This document shows, piece by piece, positions 26,332 through 39,190 of a DNA stretch of 64,000 nucleotides. The stretch lies in contig NC_086097.1 in assembly GCF_963921235.1 (NCBI RefSeq), positions 97,032,001 to 97,096,000 of the forward strand, in the 5' to 3' direction. The stretch comes from Mobula hypostoma (Eukaryota). The notes under the pieces were generated by a model. That model was not told the DNA's origin. It made no database searches and saw only the letters and a program-made list of their open reading frames with translations. Position numbers and translations under genes: made by a program. Within the stretch, counting starts at the first letter, position 1; the number at the start of each line of letters is the position of its first letter.

Positions 26332-26414
26332 CCAATGTGCCTAAATTACGAGGTCGACTATGTATCATTGGCCGTGAAAAAACTTTGAGGCCGACTAGAA
26401 CGGCGCTATATAAA
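26332..26414 (+). promoter_or_regulatory. Putative Pol II promoter of the EEF1AKMT3-like gene (CCAAT, inverted CCAAT, TATA box)
   Basis: CCAAT 26332-26336, ATTGG 26367-26371, and TATATAAA 26407-26414 about 110 bp before the ATG, in locally CpG-rich sequence. Confidence 0.55.
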
Positions 26415-26521
26415 CGTTAGTTCACCATTTTCAGCAAATCGCTTGTGTTAATTCCCCGTCGGGAGCGAATCCCACCGCGTCTCCTTGAAGACCATCGACT
26501 GAAATTTGGGGGAGTGTAAAG

Positions 26522-26689
26522 ATGGCAGCAATCCGACGGTTGGAGGCCTCCAACGACGGCGCCTCGAAGGAGGGGGATAGAGATTCCACAATCATTTTTG
26601 AGAACAAATACGAGTTCTGCGGATACAATTTAAAGATCTCTCGTTTCATCAATGCTAACCTGGGCTTTTCGGCCCATGTTTGGGAAGCT
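26522..26689 (+). CDS. EEF1AKMT3: EEF1A lysine methyltransferase 3-like (METTL21B-like), coding exon 1 (56 codons, phase-0 donor)
   Basis: ATG at 26522 in a good context (AAGATGG). Translation ...YEFCGYNLKISRFINANLGFSAHVWEA resembles the METTL21B FCGH..I.Q....LGVAARVWDA segment. GTAAGT donor at 26690. Orthology versus paralogy is unresolved. Confidence 0.85.
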
Positions 26690-28338
26690 GTAAGTCAACT
26701 GATTAACTACAGCGAGGCAAAGACCGTGTTACGCATGCGCAGCGCTGTATTTGCTACCGGGGGGGGGGTGGTAAATAGCGGAAAAAAAGCAGATACTGAT
26801 CACCTAAATAAAATGAGAAAGTGCAGGAAACATTTGGCAAATCGGGCAGCATTTGTGAAAGAACAAATACTGGACCGTGTCAAAAACCCATCTCAGGAAA
26901 ATGAAGCCTGAGGTATCAAGTATGTTAAATCTGTTTCTCTCTCCGCAGATGTTTTCTGATATCCGGGGTATCGCCAGAATTTGCTGCTTTTTATGTACTG
27001 GAGAGTGAGAACGCTCCGTGTACTTTGTCTCTGTAATGTGCTGCTGGTCGGGATTTTGCCCCATCACTTCAATAAAAAAGGATATATCACCATTCCGGCG
27101 TGTCTGTTCTATGCCCAGCTGTAGCAACATGCTTAAAACAACATAGTTGATCTTATTTTTTGGAGGCCCCAGTTCTTGTGTTTAGGTCAGGTGGGAACTC
27201 GATGTGGATGGTTAAATGGGGATTGCCAACTCATTGCTTTATCATCTGAGGCTCCAAATCTCTCCCTCTCATCAGATGTCGATGCTGACCACAGTCACAA
27301 CCCCTTCGCCCTGGCTTGTTGTTAAATGCGTACAACGTGCAGGCGGTGATCTCGATTCCTCTGTGCGCCCATCTTTTGCAGAGAGTGGGCGAAAGAAAGC
27401 CAGTCCTTTGTTTTACTATTGTGACCGGAACCGCTACACCAAAACAGGGAGTTTATAGATTTTTTTTAAAATTTAAGATTGGTGCCGCAACCAGCGCTAC
27501 AGTTATACGGAAACCATTGTTGCAGCCGTGCTATGGACTGATAGACCGCCCAAAGGGTTAAAAACGAAAACACGAGAGACTACAGAAGCTGTAATCGGGA
27601 GTGACAAACAATCTGCCAAGGGAACTCAGCGGATGGAAAAGCATCGGTGGGAGGAAAAGAACTGTCGACATTGCGGGGGAAATCCTACAAGTCCTTTCCT
27701 CACACATTTGCTGCTCGATCCATTAGGTTGCTCCAGTAGATTCTTCGTCGGCTCCGGTGACGAAAGCCCCCACTAAGGACACGTCTGCAAACAGGGAGTC
27801 CCCGCACGTTGTTAAATTCAGAAGATGGACGTTCTTTTCTGCAGATGGCAAAACTAGACACCTCCTCTCTTCACATTTAGCAGTAACGTTTTTCTTGTCT
27901 GACATGTGTTTTGATACAATTCATTGCTGTACTGTGGAGGTGTAGTTACCGCGTCGAGTGATTTTTGTGCATTTTCTGACTTACGACAAATCGACTTACG
28001 GACGTCTATATAAACGAAACGCATTAGTTACCGGGGGACCTTTTCTTATACGGACACGTAAACTGATGAGACTACGGATTATTACTGGTTTTGCGGGGGG
28101 GGGGGACACACTGTGGAGGCAGTTAAATCCCTTTAGCGCGTCAGTTTCCTCTGCAGACGAAACCGCAATCAATCGGGCCTAGTGCTGCTTTCTTTAGATT
28201 GCTCGACGGCAACAGTGCGCTGTCGAGTCATGTGTATCTGTACAGATAATTTGTTAACGTGCCCTGCCCTGTATTGACGGTAAAGGCTGGACTTGCATCA
28301 CTCTCTTCATGAGCCTATTCCGTGTTCCATTATTTTAG

Positions 28339-28455
<117 letters not shown>

Positions 28456-28567
28456 TGAAAGGCGGGGTAATGAACTGAAATCCAGTCCTTTCTGATATTA
28501 ACATGGAATCCGGAAAATAATGACGCGGGTGATGGATATGGAGAAAAGAGTTTTATTGTCAAGGACA

Positions 28568-29572
28568 ACAGGAATTCTGCAGATACTGGAAATTCAAGCA
28601 ACACACATCAAAGTTGCTGGTGAACGCAGCAGGCCAGGCAGCATCTGTAGGAAGAGGTGCAGTCGACGTTTCAGGCTGAGACCCTTCGTCAGGACTAACT
28701 GAAGGAAGAGTGAGTAAGGGATTTGAAAGTTGGAAGGGGAGGGGGAGATCCAAAATGATAGGAGAAGACAGGAGGGGGAGGGATATAGCCAAGAGCTGGA
28801 CAGGTGATAGGCAAAAGGGGATACGAGAGGATCATGGGACTGGAGGTCCGGGAAGAAAGACAAGGAGGGGGGGGGACCCAGAGGATGGGCAAGAAGTATA
28901 TTCAGAGGGACAGAGGGAGAAAAAGGAGAATGAGAGAAAGAATGTGTGCATAAAAATAAGTAACAGATGGGGTACGAGGGGGAGGTGGGGCCTTAGCGGA
29001 AGTTAGAGAAGTCGATGTTCATGCCATCAGGTTGGAGGCTACCCAGACGGAATATAAGGTGTTGTTCCTCCAACCTGAGTGTGGCTTCATCCTTACAGTA
29101 GAGGAGGCCGTGGATAGACATGTCAGAATGGGAATGGGATGTGGAATTAAAATGTGTGGCCACTGGGAGATCCTGCTTTCTCTGGCGGAAAGAGCGTAGA
29201 TGTTCAGCAAAGCAGTCTCCCAGTCTGCGTCGGGTCTCGCCAATATATAAAAGGCCACATCGGGAGCACCGGACGCAGTATATCACCCCAGACGACTCAC
29301 AGGTGAAGTGTTGCCTCACCTGGAAGGACAGTTTGGGGCCCTAAATGGTGGTAAGGGAGGAAGTGTAAGGGCATGTGTAGCACTTGTTCTGCTTACATGG
29401 ATAAATGCCGGGAGGGAGATCAGTGGGGAGGGATGGGGGGGGGATGAATGGACAAGGGAGTTGCGTCGGGAGTGATCCCTGCGGAATGCAGAGAGAGGGG
29501 GGGAGGGAAAGATGTGCTTAGTGGTGGGATCCCGTTGGAGGTGGCGGAAGTTACGGAGAACAACTTGGATGG
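28568..29572 (-). mobile_element. Penelope-like element 3' portion in intron 2, antisense to the gene
   Basis: GIY-YIG ORF 28993..29319 (GVIYCVRCSRCGLLYIGETRRRL). 15-bp near-TSD ttattgtc[a/t]aggaca at 28553-28567 and 29573-29587. Confidence 0.9.
28660..28697 (-). ncRNA. Minimal hammerhead ribozyme motif (Penelope-associated), core intact
   Basis: Minus strand reads AGUC-CUGACGA-A-GGGUCUCAGCCU-GAAAC-GUC-GACU: stem I AGUC/GACU, CUGANGA and GAAA boxes, short stem II, GUC cleavage triplet. Confidence 0.75.
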
Positions 29573-30014
29573 TTATTGTCTAGGACACTGTTAAAGCTGT
29601 TTAGTTTAGTCAAAAAATAATAAATGTAGTCTGAAGGTATGTCGCTTTCACACGGATTGATCTCTCCTCTCCTGTATAACAAAATCGAGAGTCCCTATCC
29701 AAATTCAGTTCTACAGGTGTCCTGCCTGGGTTAAAATTCATACCACACCAACCTAGTTTACTTGACCAATTTTTGTCTTAATAATTATATGACCATTTAT
29801 TGCAAATGAGGTACTGAGCGGACTTTGATTGTAGGAAAGACTATTAGATTCCCAAGCTATTTGGCCTTTGTGCTGTGCTAGTTTTAAAACAATAAGCAAT
29901 GCTACTGTCTCCCGAAATAAGATTGAACTCTACCCAGATTTCTTACACTGTTCTTTCTGTGATCACGATAATTAAGGGCGAATAGAAATGGATCTTTTTT
30001 TCTCTCTTGGTCAG

Positions 30015-30427
30015 GTGGAGAGGTGACTGTGACCGATAAGCCAAGCATCCTGAAGCAAATAGAAAACAATGTCTCCATCAACATCCCCTCTGCCTGCAGG
30101 CACCGTGTAAAGGTCCGTGCTCTGACCTGGGGTGAAGACCACACGAGCTTTCCCTCCGACTATGACTTCATCCTGGGTTCCGATATTGTTTACAGCTCAG
30201 TGAGCTACCCGGCACTCATGGACACATTGCGACACCTCGCCAGCCACAGAGCCACAATTTACCTCTCTTCCGAATTGCGGAAGAGGAATGGCTCGTCCTC
30301 TTTTCACAAGCAGCTTCTGCCTCAATATTTTAATTGCCAGGTGGTTGACAGGATAGATGATAAAAATATCATTGTGTATAAAATGTCCAAAATTAGTACA
30401 GACCCCGGAGTTGGGTGCTTTAATTAA
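30015..30427 (+). CDS. EEF1AKMT3: EEF1AKMT3-like coding exon 3 (terminal)
   Basis: Pyrimidine tract plus tcAG acceptor ending 30014, phase-compatible with exon 2. Translates GEVTVTD...VRALTWG...YDFILGSDIVY (post-I, motif II and the DxxY motif of METTL21/MTF16 enzymes). TAA at 30425-30427. Spliced CDS is 693 nt, 230 aa. Confidence 0.9.
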
Positions 30428-30680
30428 GTAAGGGAACCTCTATTTCTCTCATCTTCTTCCAGCTTCTTGCTTTTAAAAACCAGCATAATTTATATTATCT
30501 GAAAGACTTTGTTCAGATGATTGTTTATGGGACTATTCTCTTTTCTCCCCCCATTGACTGACGGCAGGGGTTGATGCTCGCCCGTGACTTGGTCAAGTGT
30601 TCGATTATACTGTGTGGTGATTGGATATAAAACAGTGTAACAACTACAGCTGTTACTTGGGGTCACTGTGGTCTGGCAGC

Positions 30681-30686
30681 AATAAA
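30681..30686 (+). promoter_or_regulatory. Candidate polyadenylation signal AATAAA for the EEF1AKMT3-like gene
   Basis: First canonical hexamer, about 250 nt after the stop codon. Confidence 0.4.
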
Positions 30687-31229
30687 GTGGCCAGGAAACT
30701 GATGATGGTGCCACACATCTTAATACTACTCCGAGTAACACCAACTCTTATCGATCAATTTGAGAATTTCCATTATTGTGTTATGTAGAAGTAATATTTC
30801 AGTGGTGCTTGTCCTGGTTAAGCAGGTTCTTACAGAGAAGACCGATTGTTTTCTCTGTCGGTGGTCAATCTGTTCTGGTTCTCCCATAATGTTCCCAGTT
30901 CAGTGTAGTGGTTCGATTTTTACCAATTTTGTTTTCTTGTTAACAAGAACGATGATATTTGAACAATTTGCATGAAATATTCACTTTTCTTTACAACATT
31001 TCACAATGACTTTCCCTCACTCGCAAGATCAGAAGGAAATGTGTTCGCTGATGTTCAGCATCTTTCACAGCCCCTAAATAACGAAGCAGTACACACCCAA
31101 AATCCGGACTATTTTGAGGTCTGGGCCAGTAGGTGGCAAGTAACACTCGACAAATGTCAGACAATGACAGTATTCAGCAAGAGGTAATCCAACATGCCTC
31201 TCCTATATGTAATGGCATTGTGAATAAAA

Positions 31230-34200
31230 AATAGGCAATAGACAATAGGTGCCAGGAGTAGGCCATTCAGTCCTTCGAGCCAGCACCGCCATTCATTGTG
31301 ATCATGGCTGATCATCCACAATCAGTATCCTTTTCCTGCCGTCTCCCCATATCCGTTGACTCTGCTATCTTTAAGAGCTCTATCTAACTCTTTCTTGAAA
31401 GAATCCAGAGAATTGGCCTCCACTGCCTTCTGAGGCAGAGCATTCCACAGAACCACAACCCACTGTGTGAAAAACCTTTTCCTCAACTCCGTTCTAAATG
31501 GTCTACTCCTTATTTTTAAACTGTGGCCTCTGGTTCTGGACTCCCCGAACATTGGGAACATATTTCCTGCCTCTAGCGTGTCCAATCCCTCAATAATCTT
31601 ATATGTTTCAATCAGATCCCCTCTCATCCTTCTAAATTCCAGTGTATACAAGCCCAGTCGCTCCAATCTCTCAACATATGACAGTCCCGCCATCCCAGGA
31701 TTAACCTCGTGAACTTACACTGCACTCCCTGAATAGCTAGAATGTCCTTCCTCAAATTTGGAGACCAGAACTGTACACAATACTCCAGGTGTGGTCGCAC
31801 CAGGGCCCTGTAATCTGCCTTCCTGTTCTTGCCACCAAAGTGGATAACTCACATTCATCCACATTAAACTGCATCTTCCATGCATCTGCCCACTCACCCA
31901 ACCTGTCCAAGTCACCCTGCATTCTCATAACATCATCCTCACATTTCACACTGCCACCCAGCTTTGTGTCATCTGCAAATTTGCTAATGTTACTTTTAAT
32001 CCCTTCATCTAAATCATTAATTTATATTGTAAATAGCTGCGGTCCCAGCACCGAGCCTGGCAGTACCCGACTAGTCACTGCCTGCCATTCTGAAAAGAAC
32101 CCATTAATCCCTACTCTTTGTTTTCTGTCCCCCAACCAATTTTCTATCCATGTCAGTACCCTACCCCCAATACCATTTGCTCTAATTTTGCCCACTAACC
32201 TCCTATGTGGGACCTTATCAAAGGCTTTCTGAAAGTCCCGGTTCACTACATCCACTGGCATTCCCATGTACATTTACATAGTTACATTCTCAAAAAATTC
32301 CAGAAGATTAGTCAAGCATGATTTCCCCTTCGTAAGTCCATGCTGACTCGGACCTATCCTGCTACTGCTATCCAAATAGGCCGCTATTTCATCTTTTATA
32401 ATTGATTCCAGCATCTTCCCCACCACTGATGTCAGATTAACTGTTCTATAATTGCCTGTTTTCTCTCTCCCTCTTTTCTTAAAAGGTGGGATAACATTAG
32501 CTACCCTCCAATCCGCAGGAACTGATCCTGAATCTATAGAACACTGGGAAGTGATTATCAATGCGTCCACGATTTCTAGAGCCACCTCCTTAAGTACCCT
32601 GGGATGCAGTCCATCAGGCCCTGGGGTTTTATCAACCTTCAGTCCCATCAGTTTACCCAACACCATTTTGTGCCTGATGCAATTTTCCTTCAGTTCATCT
32701 GTTACCCTAGGTCCTCTGGCCACTATTACATCTGGGAGATTGTTTGTGTCTTCCCTAGTGAAGACAGATCCAAAGTACCTGTTCAGCTCATCTGCCATTT
32801 CCTTGTTCCCCATAATAATTTCACCCGTTCCTGTCTTCAAGGGCCCAACTTTGGTCTGAACTAATTTTTTTCCTCTTCATATACCTAAAGACGCTTTTAC
32901 TATCCTCCTTTATATTCTTGGCTAGTTTACCTTCGTACTTCATCTTTTCCTCCCGTATTGCCTTTGTAGTTATCTTCTGTTGCTCTTTAATCCTCCGGCT
33001 TCCCGCTCATCCTTGCTATGTTATACTTCCTCTCTTTTATTTTTATACTGTCCTTGACTTCCCTTGTCATCCACGGTCGCCCCTTACTCCCCTTAGGATA
33101 TTTCTTCCTCTTTGCAATAAACTGATCCTGCACCTTCTGTATTATTCCCAGAAATACCTGCCATTGTTGTTCCATCGTCATCCCTGCTAGGGTATCTTTC
33201 CAGTAAACTTTGGCCAGCTCCTCCCTCATGGGTCCATAGTCCCCTTTGTTCAACTGTAATACTGACACTTCCAATCTTCCCTTCTCCCTCTCAATTTGTA
33301 GATTAAAACATCATATTATGGTCACTACCTCCTAATGGCTCCTTTACCTCGAGTTCCCTTATCAAATCTGGCTCATTACACAACAGTAAATCCAGAATTT
33401 CCTTCTCCCTGGTAGGCTCTAATACAAGCTGCTCTAAGAATCCATCTCTAAGGCATTCCACAAACTCCCTTTCTTGGGGTCCAGTACCAACCTTATTTTC
33501 CCAGTCTACCTGCATGTTGAAATCCCCCATCACAACCGTAGAAATACCTTTGCAACATGCCAATTTTAACTCTTGATTTAACTTGCACCCTATATCCAGG
33601 CTTCTGTTTGGGGGCCTGTAGATAACTCCCACCAGGGTCTTTTTGCCCTTACAGTTGCTCAGTTCTGTCCATACTGACTCTACATCTCCTGATTCTATGT
33701 CCCCCCCTCGCAAGTGACTGAATTTCATTCCTCACCAACAGAGCCACCCCACCCCCTCTGCCCACCTGTCTGTCCTTTCGAGAGGATGTATACCCCTGAA
33801 TATTCATTTCCCAGCCCTGGTCCTCTTGCAGCCATGTCTCTGTTATTCCCACAACATCATAATTGCCAATTTCCAGCTGAGCCTCAAGCTCATCCACTTT
33901 ATTTCTTATACTCCGTGCATTCATATATAATACTTTTAATCCTTTTAAAGTAATAATTTTACTCCCCTCACCTTTCACACTGATTCCTATTGCACTTTGC
34001 CATACTCTCCGATCCCTTCCTGAGCTTCCTGCCCCTTTAATTCTGTTGTTTTTCTTAACTTTTCTTATCCTCTCTTTACCTTTAACCCCATCCTTATATT
34101 TCCAGTTCGTACCCTCTCCCCCCACCCCCCCCCCGCCACTACTTAGTTTAAACACACCCGTGTAGCAGTGGCAAACCTGCCTGCCAGAACGCTGGTCCCC

Positions 34201-34378
34201 CGTCTGTTAAGGTGCAACCCGTCCCTTCTGTACAATTTATCCTTACCCCAAAACAGATCCCAGTGGTCCAAGAATCTGAATCCCTGCTCCCCGCACCAGC
34301 TCTTCAGCCACACATTCAGATCCGCTATTTCCCTGTTCCTGCCCACACCAGCACAAGGAACTGGAAGCAAACCGGAGA
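31230..34378 (-). mobile_element. CR1 LINE (second subfamily), ORF1 esterase end plus disrupted ORF2
   Basis: ORF1 34143..34370 (FLDHWDLF..DGLHLN). APE 33303..34155. RT fragments 31322..33274. GACAATA-type tail at about 31230-31247. Confidence 0.9.
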
Positions 34379-36519
34379 ATTTGAATCCCTCACCACTTAA
34401 TATCCTTGGGTTTACACTTGATAAGAGATGGAACTGAAGGAACTATATACGCCAAGTGGCCACAGACGCAAGTTGGAAGTTGGGGATCTTCTGCTTAGTA
34501 ACTCAGCTCCACATTCCCCAAAGCCTGTCCACTACCTACAAGGTTTGTGTCAGGAGACTCTTCACTTGCCTGGATGATCTTCAACATCATTCACACCATG
34601 CAGAATAAAGCAGCCCATTTTGAAAGTACCCGTCCACAACTATTCACCCAGTCCACATCCAATGCACAGCAGCGACTGCAGTCTGTACCGTCTGCAGGAT
34701 GCACTGCAGTAATTCTCCAAGACTCCTGAGCCTTTTGCAAACCCACGACCGCTACCAGCAAGAAGATCAAGGACAGCAAAAGCATAAAGTTGTCCTCCAG
34801 CCCACACTGCATCCTGACTTTTAAATATATCATTATTCCTTCACAGTCACTGGGTCAATATCCTGATACTCCCTCAGTAGATTGTGAGACTGTGTGCATA
34901 ACCACGACCTGATTAGTTCAGTGCCAATTTCTCAAACGCAGTTAGGAATGGACAATAAAATGTTTGCTCTGCCTGCGAAGCTCACATCAATTAAAACAAA
35001 AGAGAGCACATGAAGTTTCTTGCCGTATTTCGTTTCACATGTCCCACGGGTAGGGTCAGTCCTCATTTACGAGCGAGGGTAGAGAAGGAAGAGGGTGGTT
35101 AGGAATCTCTCTCCTTTCTTGCAACATTTCAGCTAGAAATTGCGGTCTAAACTCTAAAATTAAAATTATTATGACATTGTGCCAAAGCCAATTTCATTTT
35201 CAAAATTCTGTTAACGGAAACATGAATCAAATATTGCTGGATTGCTTTGTGCTTTAAACTGATCCCAACTGGTCAGAACCCGATACACTACTTTCAGTGA
35301 ATACGCGGGAAAGCTCTGCCCTGCACGTATTCCCATCAAAGCGAGCAAGCGTATGCCAAAGTTTGGATAATAAAAGTCATTGCAGCCCCGTAGTTCGCTT
35401 GTTTCAGGGGTACTCTTTATTTGGTGTGGGATTAAGGACATGGAAAAGGATAAGCGCCGGCTCCGAACGGGCTTTGATTTCAAGAAATACTTTCCTCGGG
35501 GAGCAGGAAGAAAAAAATAACTATCACTCTGATTCCCATTCCATGACGTAGTTAATTATTGTTATTGTAGCTACTTTACCTCTTGCCTCAGCTTAGCTAT
35601 TCAGCGATTGACACACAACAGGACAAGGATACATCATGCCTTTGAATTATGTAACAACTTCTTTCCGACTCCACTATACTATCCCATTATTTTTCTATCC
35701 CTACCCTTTGCCTATTCTACCAAGGCATCCTTTAGAGAGTTAAACTTCATTTCTACATGACTGCTATCATCTTCAACAGATGGCTAACATCTTCAACAAC
35801 TAAATTGGAGACTGTTAAAATCTGATGAAGATGCGAAGACAGGAAGAGGAAATGAATTGTGAATAATTCATTCAGAAATTGGAAACATTTCTTTTACGAG
35901 CAGAATCTGGATAAAACAAATTTAATATCTTCGAAACTACTAATTAGTTACTTTACCTCATTCATAAATGAGGATTGTATCACACTGCATATAATACATT
36001 AGGAATAACATGAAGAACTGATAATATTTGATTTCATGCTACCATTAAATTGTATTGTCTCGTGGAATTTGACATGATTTCTTTCCGCTATCATTATTAC
36101 ACACATCTTTTTGTCCTCTACAGGTTTTAATGTCATAGAGTTAAGTTTTTAAATGTTATGGTTAAGATCGAAATAAAAACATCCAAAATAAGTTAACTAA
36201 ATGATGGAAAGTGGATTGGAAGAGTCAGATAAATGTGATTATGGCAAGTGCGAGCATCAACAAGAGCCGGCTGGGATTAAAGGCCTGTTTCTCTGTTTCT
36301 ATAAAATGTGCCAGAATGGTAGTAGGTACAATGTCTACTGTTACTACCACTGTAATGTTGAGTATATCAAAGACGTCTGACCTGTTCACAGACTTTTCAA
36401 ATACAAAGGTAATGTGAGAGAACTTGCTACTAATCACAACTAACTCACACTCAATCTTGCAAAAACGACATTTGAATCTACCATCTTTACCGTACGAACA
36501 ACAGACATCAAAATACAAT

Positions 36520-37155
36520 TAGGGCATTCAGCCATTCAAGTCTGCGCACCAATCAACCATGGCTGACTTATTTTTCCACTCAACTCCATTCTCCTGCCTC
36601 TTCCCCATTATCTTTGAAGCCCCTACTAACAAAGTACATAGCAATTTCAATTTTAAATATAACCAATGGCATGGCCTCCACAGCCAATTGTGGGAAAGAA
36701 TTCCACAGATTCACCACTCACCCACACCACCAAACACCACCCCCCTCCCACAGCCAGCTAAAGGATTTCCTCCTCATCTCTGTTCTAAAGGAACATCCTT
36801 CTATCTGATGTTGTGCACTCAGATTTTAGACACTGCCATAGACTGGAAACATCCTCTGTAGATCCACTCTTGCAAGGCTTTAAATACTCTGTAGGTTTCA
36901 AAGAAATCCCCCTGACTCCAGTCAGCACCGGCTCAGAACCATCAAATACGTTAACCCTTTCATTCCCAAGATCATTCTTCTGAACCCTCTGCAATGCCAG
37001 CACGTTCTTTCAGAAATATGAGACCCCAAACTGCCCACAGTGTGTTTGACCAATGGTTTATAAAGCCTCAGCATTACATTTTGCTTTTATATTCTAGTCC
37101 TCCGAAATTAATACTAATATTTCATTTGCCTTTCTTGCTACCAACTCAACCAGCA
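36520..37155 (-). mobile_element. Degenerate CR1 3' fragment
   Basis: CR1 tail (cagccattc..catggctga) and LALQRVQ remnant. Confidence 0.6.
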
Positions 37156-37169
37156 AGAAATAGTTAAAG

Positions 37170-38686
37170 AACAATGTGGTTTTGTGAAAGACAAAGATAC
37201 AAGAAACACGATATTGAAGTTAAGGATACTATCAGAACGAGCTATTCAAGTGCAAAAAGATTTGTTTGTTTGTTTCATAGACTATACAAAAATATTTTGA
37301 TAAAGTGAAGCACAATAAGTTATTCGAAATATTACAGGAAACTCTAGATCTAGATTCAAAAGACCTCCGCCTAATCAGAAATCTGTACTGGGGGTAAACT
37401 GCCGCTGTAAGAATAGATGGAGAAGTGAGTCAGTTTTCGAAAATCAAGAGAGGTGTTAGACAAGGGTGTGTTTTCTCCCCTGATTTATTTAACGTGTACA
37501 GTGAAACAATATTACAAAAAATAAGAGACATCTTGGGAATCAAAGTTGGTGGTGAAATCATCAATAATTTCAGATATGCAGATGACACTGTGTTAAATGC
37601 AAATACGGAGGAAGAACTGCAAAATTAATTGATATAGTTGTTGAAGAAAGTGCAAAAATGGGTCTATCTATCAATTGCAAAAAGACAGTATGTACGGTGA
37701 TATCCAGTAGAACAAGGAATTCCATTATCAGCATTGCCTCAGAGTCATGGTCAAGGGAGAGTGAGGGGCACTCACAGGAAGCATGGCCACAAAATTACCA
37801 TGTTGAAATGAAAATGGGCACCTCCTCTCCCCCTCCCAACAAACACCAGTCACTAGAGGCTTCATTCTTTACTTTCACTATTTGGTGTTGGTTTATTATT
37901 GTCTCATGTACTGAGATAGAGTGAAAAGCCTGACTTGCAAACTGTTGATACCGATCACACATTAAACAAATCAGGGGAGAAAACACACTGTTGTCTATCT
38001 ATCAACTGCAAAAAGACAGAATGTATGGTGATATCCAAAAAGAAGGAGAATCCTATCTGCAGGCTGAGAATAAAAGGGGAAGACAAAACAAGTACAGAAC
38101 TTTTGCTACTTAGGAAGCTGGGTGACATCAGATGGCAGGTGTGACTTGGACATCAAACGAAGAATAGGGATAGCAAAAGACACCTTTATGAGAATGAAGA
38201 GTATACTGACCAATACTAAACTAGGCATGACAACCCGCCTCAGAGAACGGAAACGTTATGTTTATTCAGTTATGTTATATGGTTCAGAATGTCGGACAAT
38301 ATCTAGTAACATGAGGAAAGGAATTGAAGCAGCAGAGATGTGGTTTTTGAGGAGGATGCAAAGAATATCATGGACAAAACGAATATCTAACGAGGATGTC
38401 ATGAACAGAGCAAACATAAAAAGAGAAATAATGTGTGAGATCATGAAAAGGCAACGTAACTTCATTGGACATGTGATGAGGAAAGAGGAGTTAGAATGCA
38501 CGGTAATTATGGGAAAGATTGAAGGGAAGAAAGCAAGAGGAAGACAAAGACAAATGATGATGGAGACAGCAGCAAGAGAACTGGAAATGAATACCAATGA
38601 ATTGATCCACTTGACCCGAAACAGGAGTGTGTGTACCATGGCAGTCAAAGCTCAAACTGGGCATGGAACCTGATGATGATGATGAC
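37170..38686 (+). mobile_element. RTE/BovB-group LINE 3' fragment
   Basis: GVRQGCVFSPDLFNVYSE...RYADDTVL and IKRRIGIAK...VMLYGSE...IEAAEMWFLRRM. (TGA)n tail at 38671-38686. Confidence 0.85.
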
Positions 38687-38699
38687 GATAACCCTTTGC

Positions 38700-39190
38700 C
38701 TCTTTTCCAGTAAGAAAAATGGAAAGTCGAGCTCCCTGTCATATGTACAACTACGTGAACAGTATACGCAGGTGCATTGGAAAACTCACTTGCAGCAGCA
38801 TCACAGAACATGTCATTAGATACTCAATATGCACAAGAAGCAAAAAAACATTAAATATCTCAATAAACTAACTGAGAAAAATAACATGTACAAAGTGGTT
38901 ATAGAATTATTATACTAAGGTAGTAATTATGGTTTGATGGTTGATTCAAGAACCAAAAGGTTGAAGGAATGTTCTGGAAACTACTGTTCCTGAAAGTGAT
39001 GGTGTGGGACTTCAGGTTCTGTACCTCCTGTCCAATGGTAGCTGAGAGAGGATGACATGGCCTGGGTAGTGGAGATGTTTAACAAAATATGCTGCCTTTT
39101 TGAGGAAGCACCTGATGTAGATACTTGAAGTGGCGGGGAGGGTGTTGCCAGTGATGTATCGGGTTAGGTCCCCTGCTCTCTGCAGAAATA
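38700..39190 (-). mobile_element. Rex/Babar-type LINE 3' remnant
   Basis: RCFLKKAAYFVKHLHYPGHVILSQLPLDRRYR, same family as 58680-60160. Confidence 0.5.

Noticed and set aside
26522..26911. 129-aa single-exon ORF
   Set aside because: It is exon 1 reading through the GTAAGT donor at 26690 into intronic repeat-derived sequence. Homology stops at WEA.
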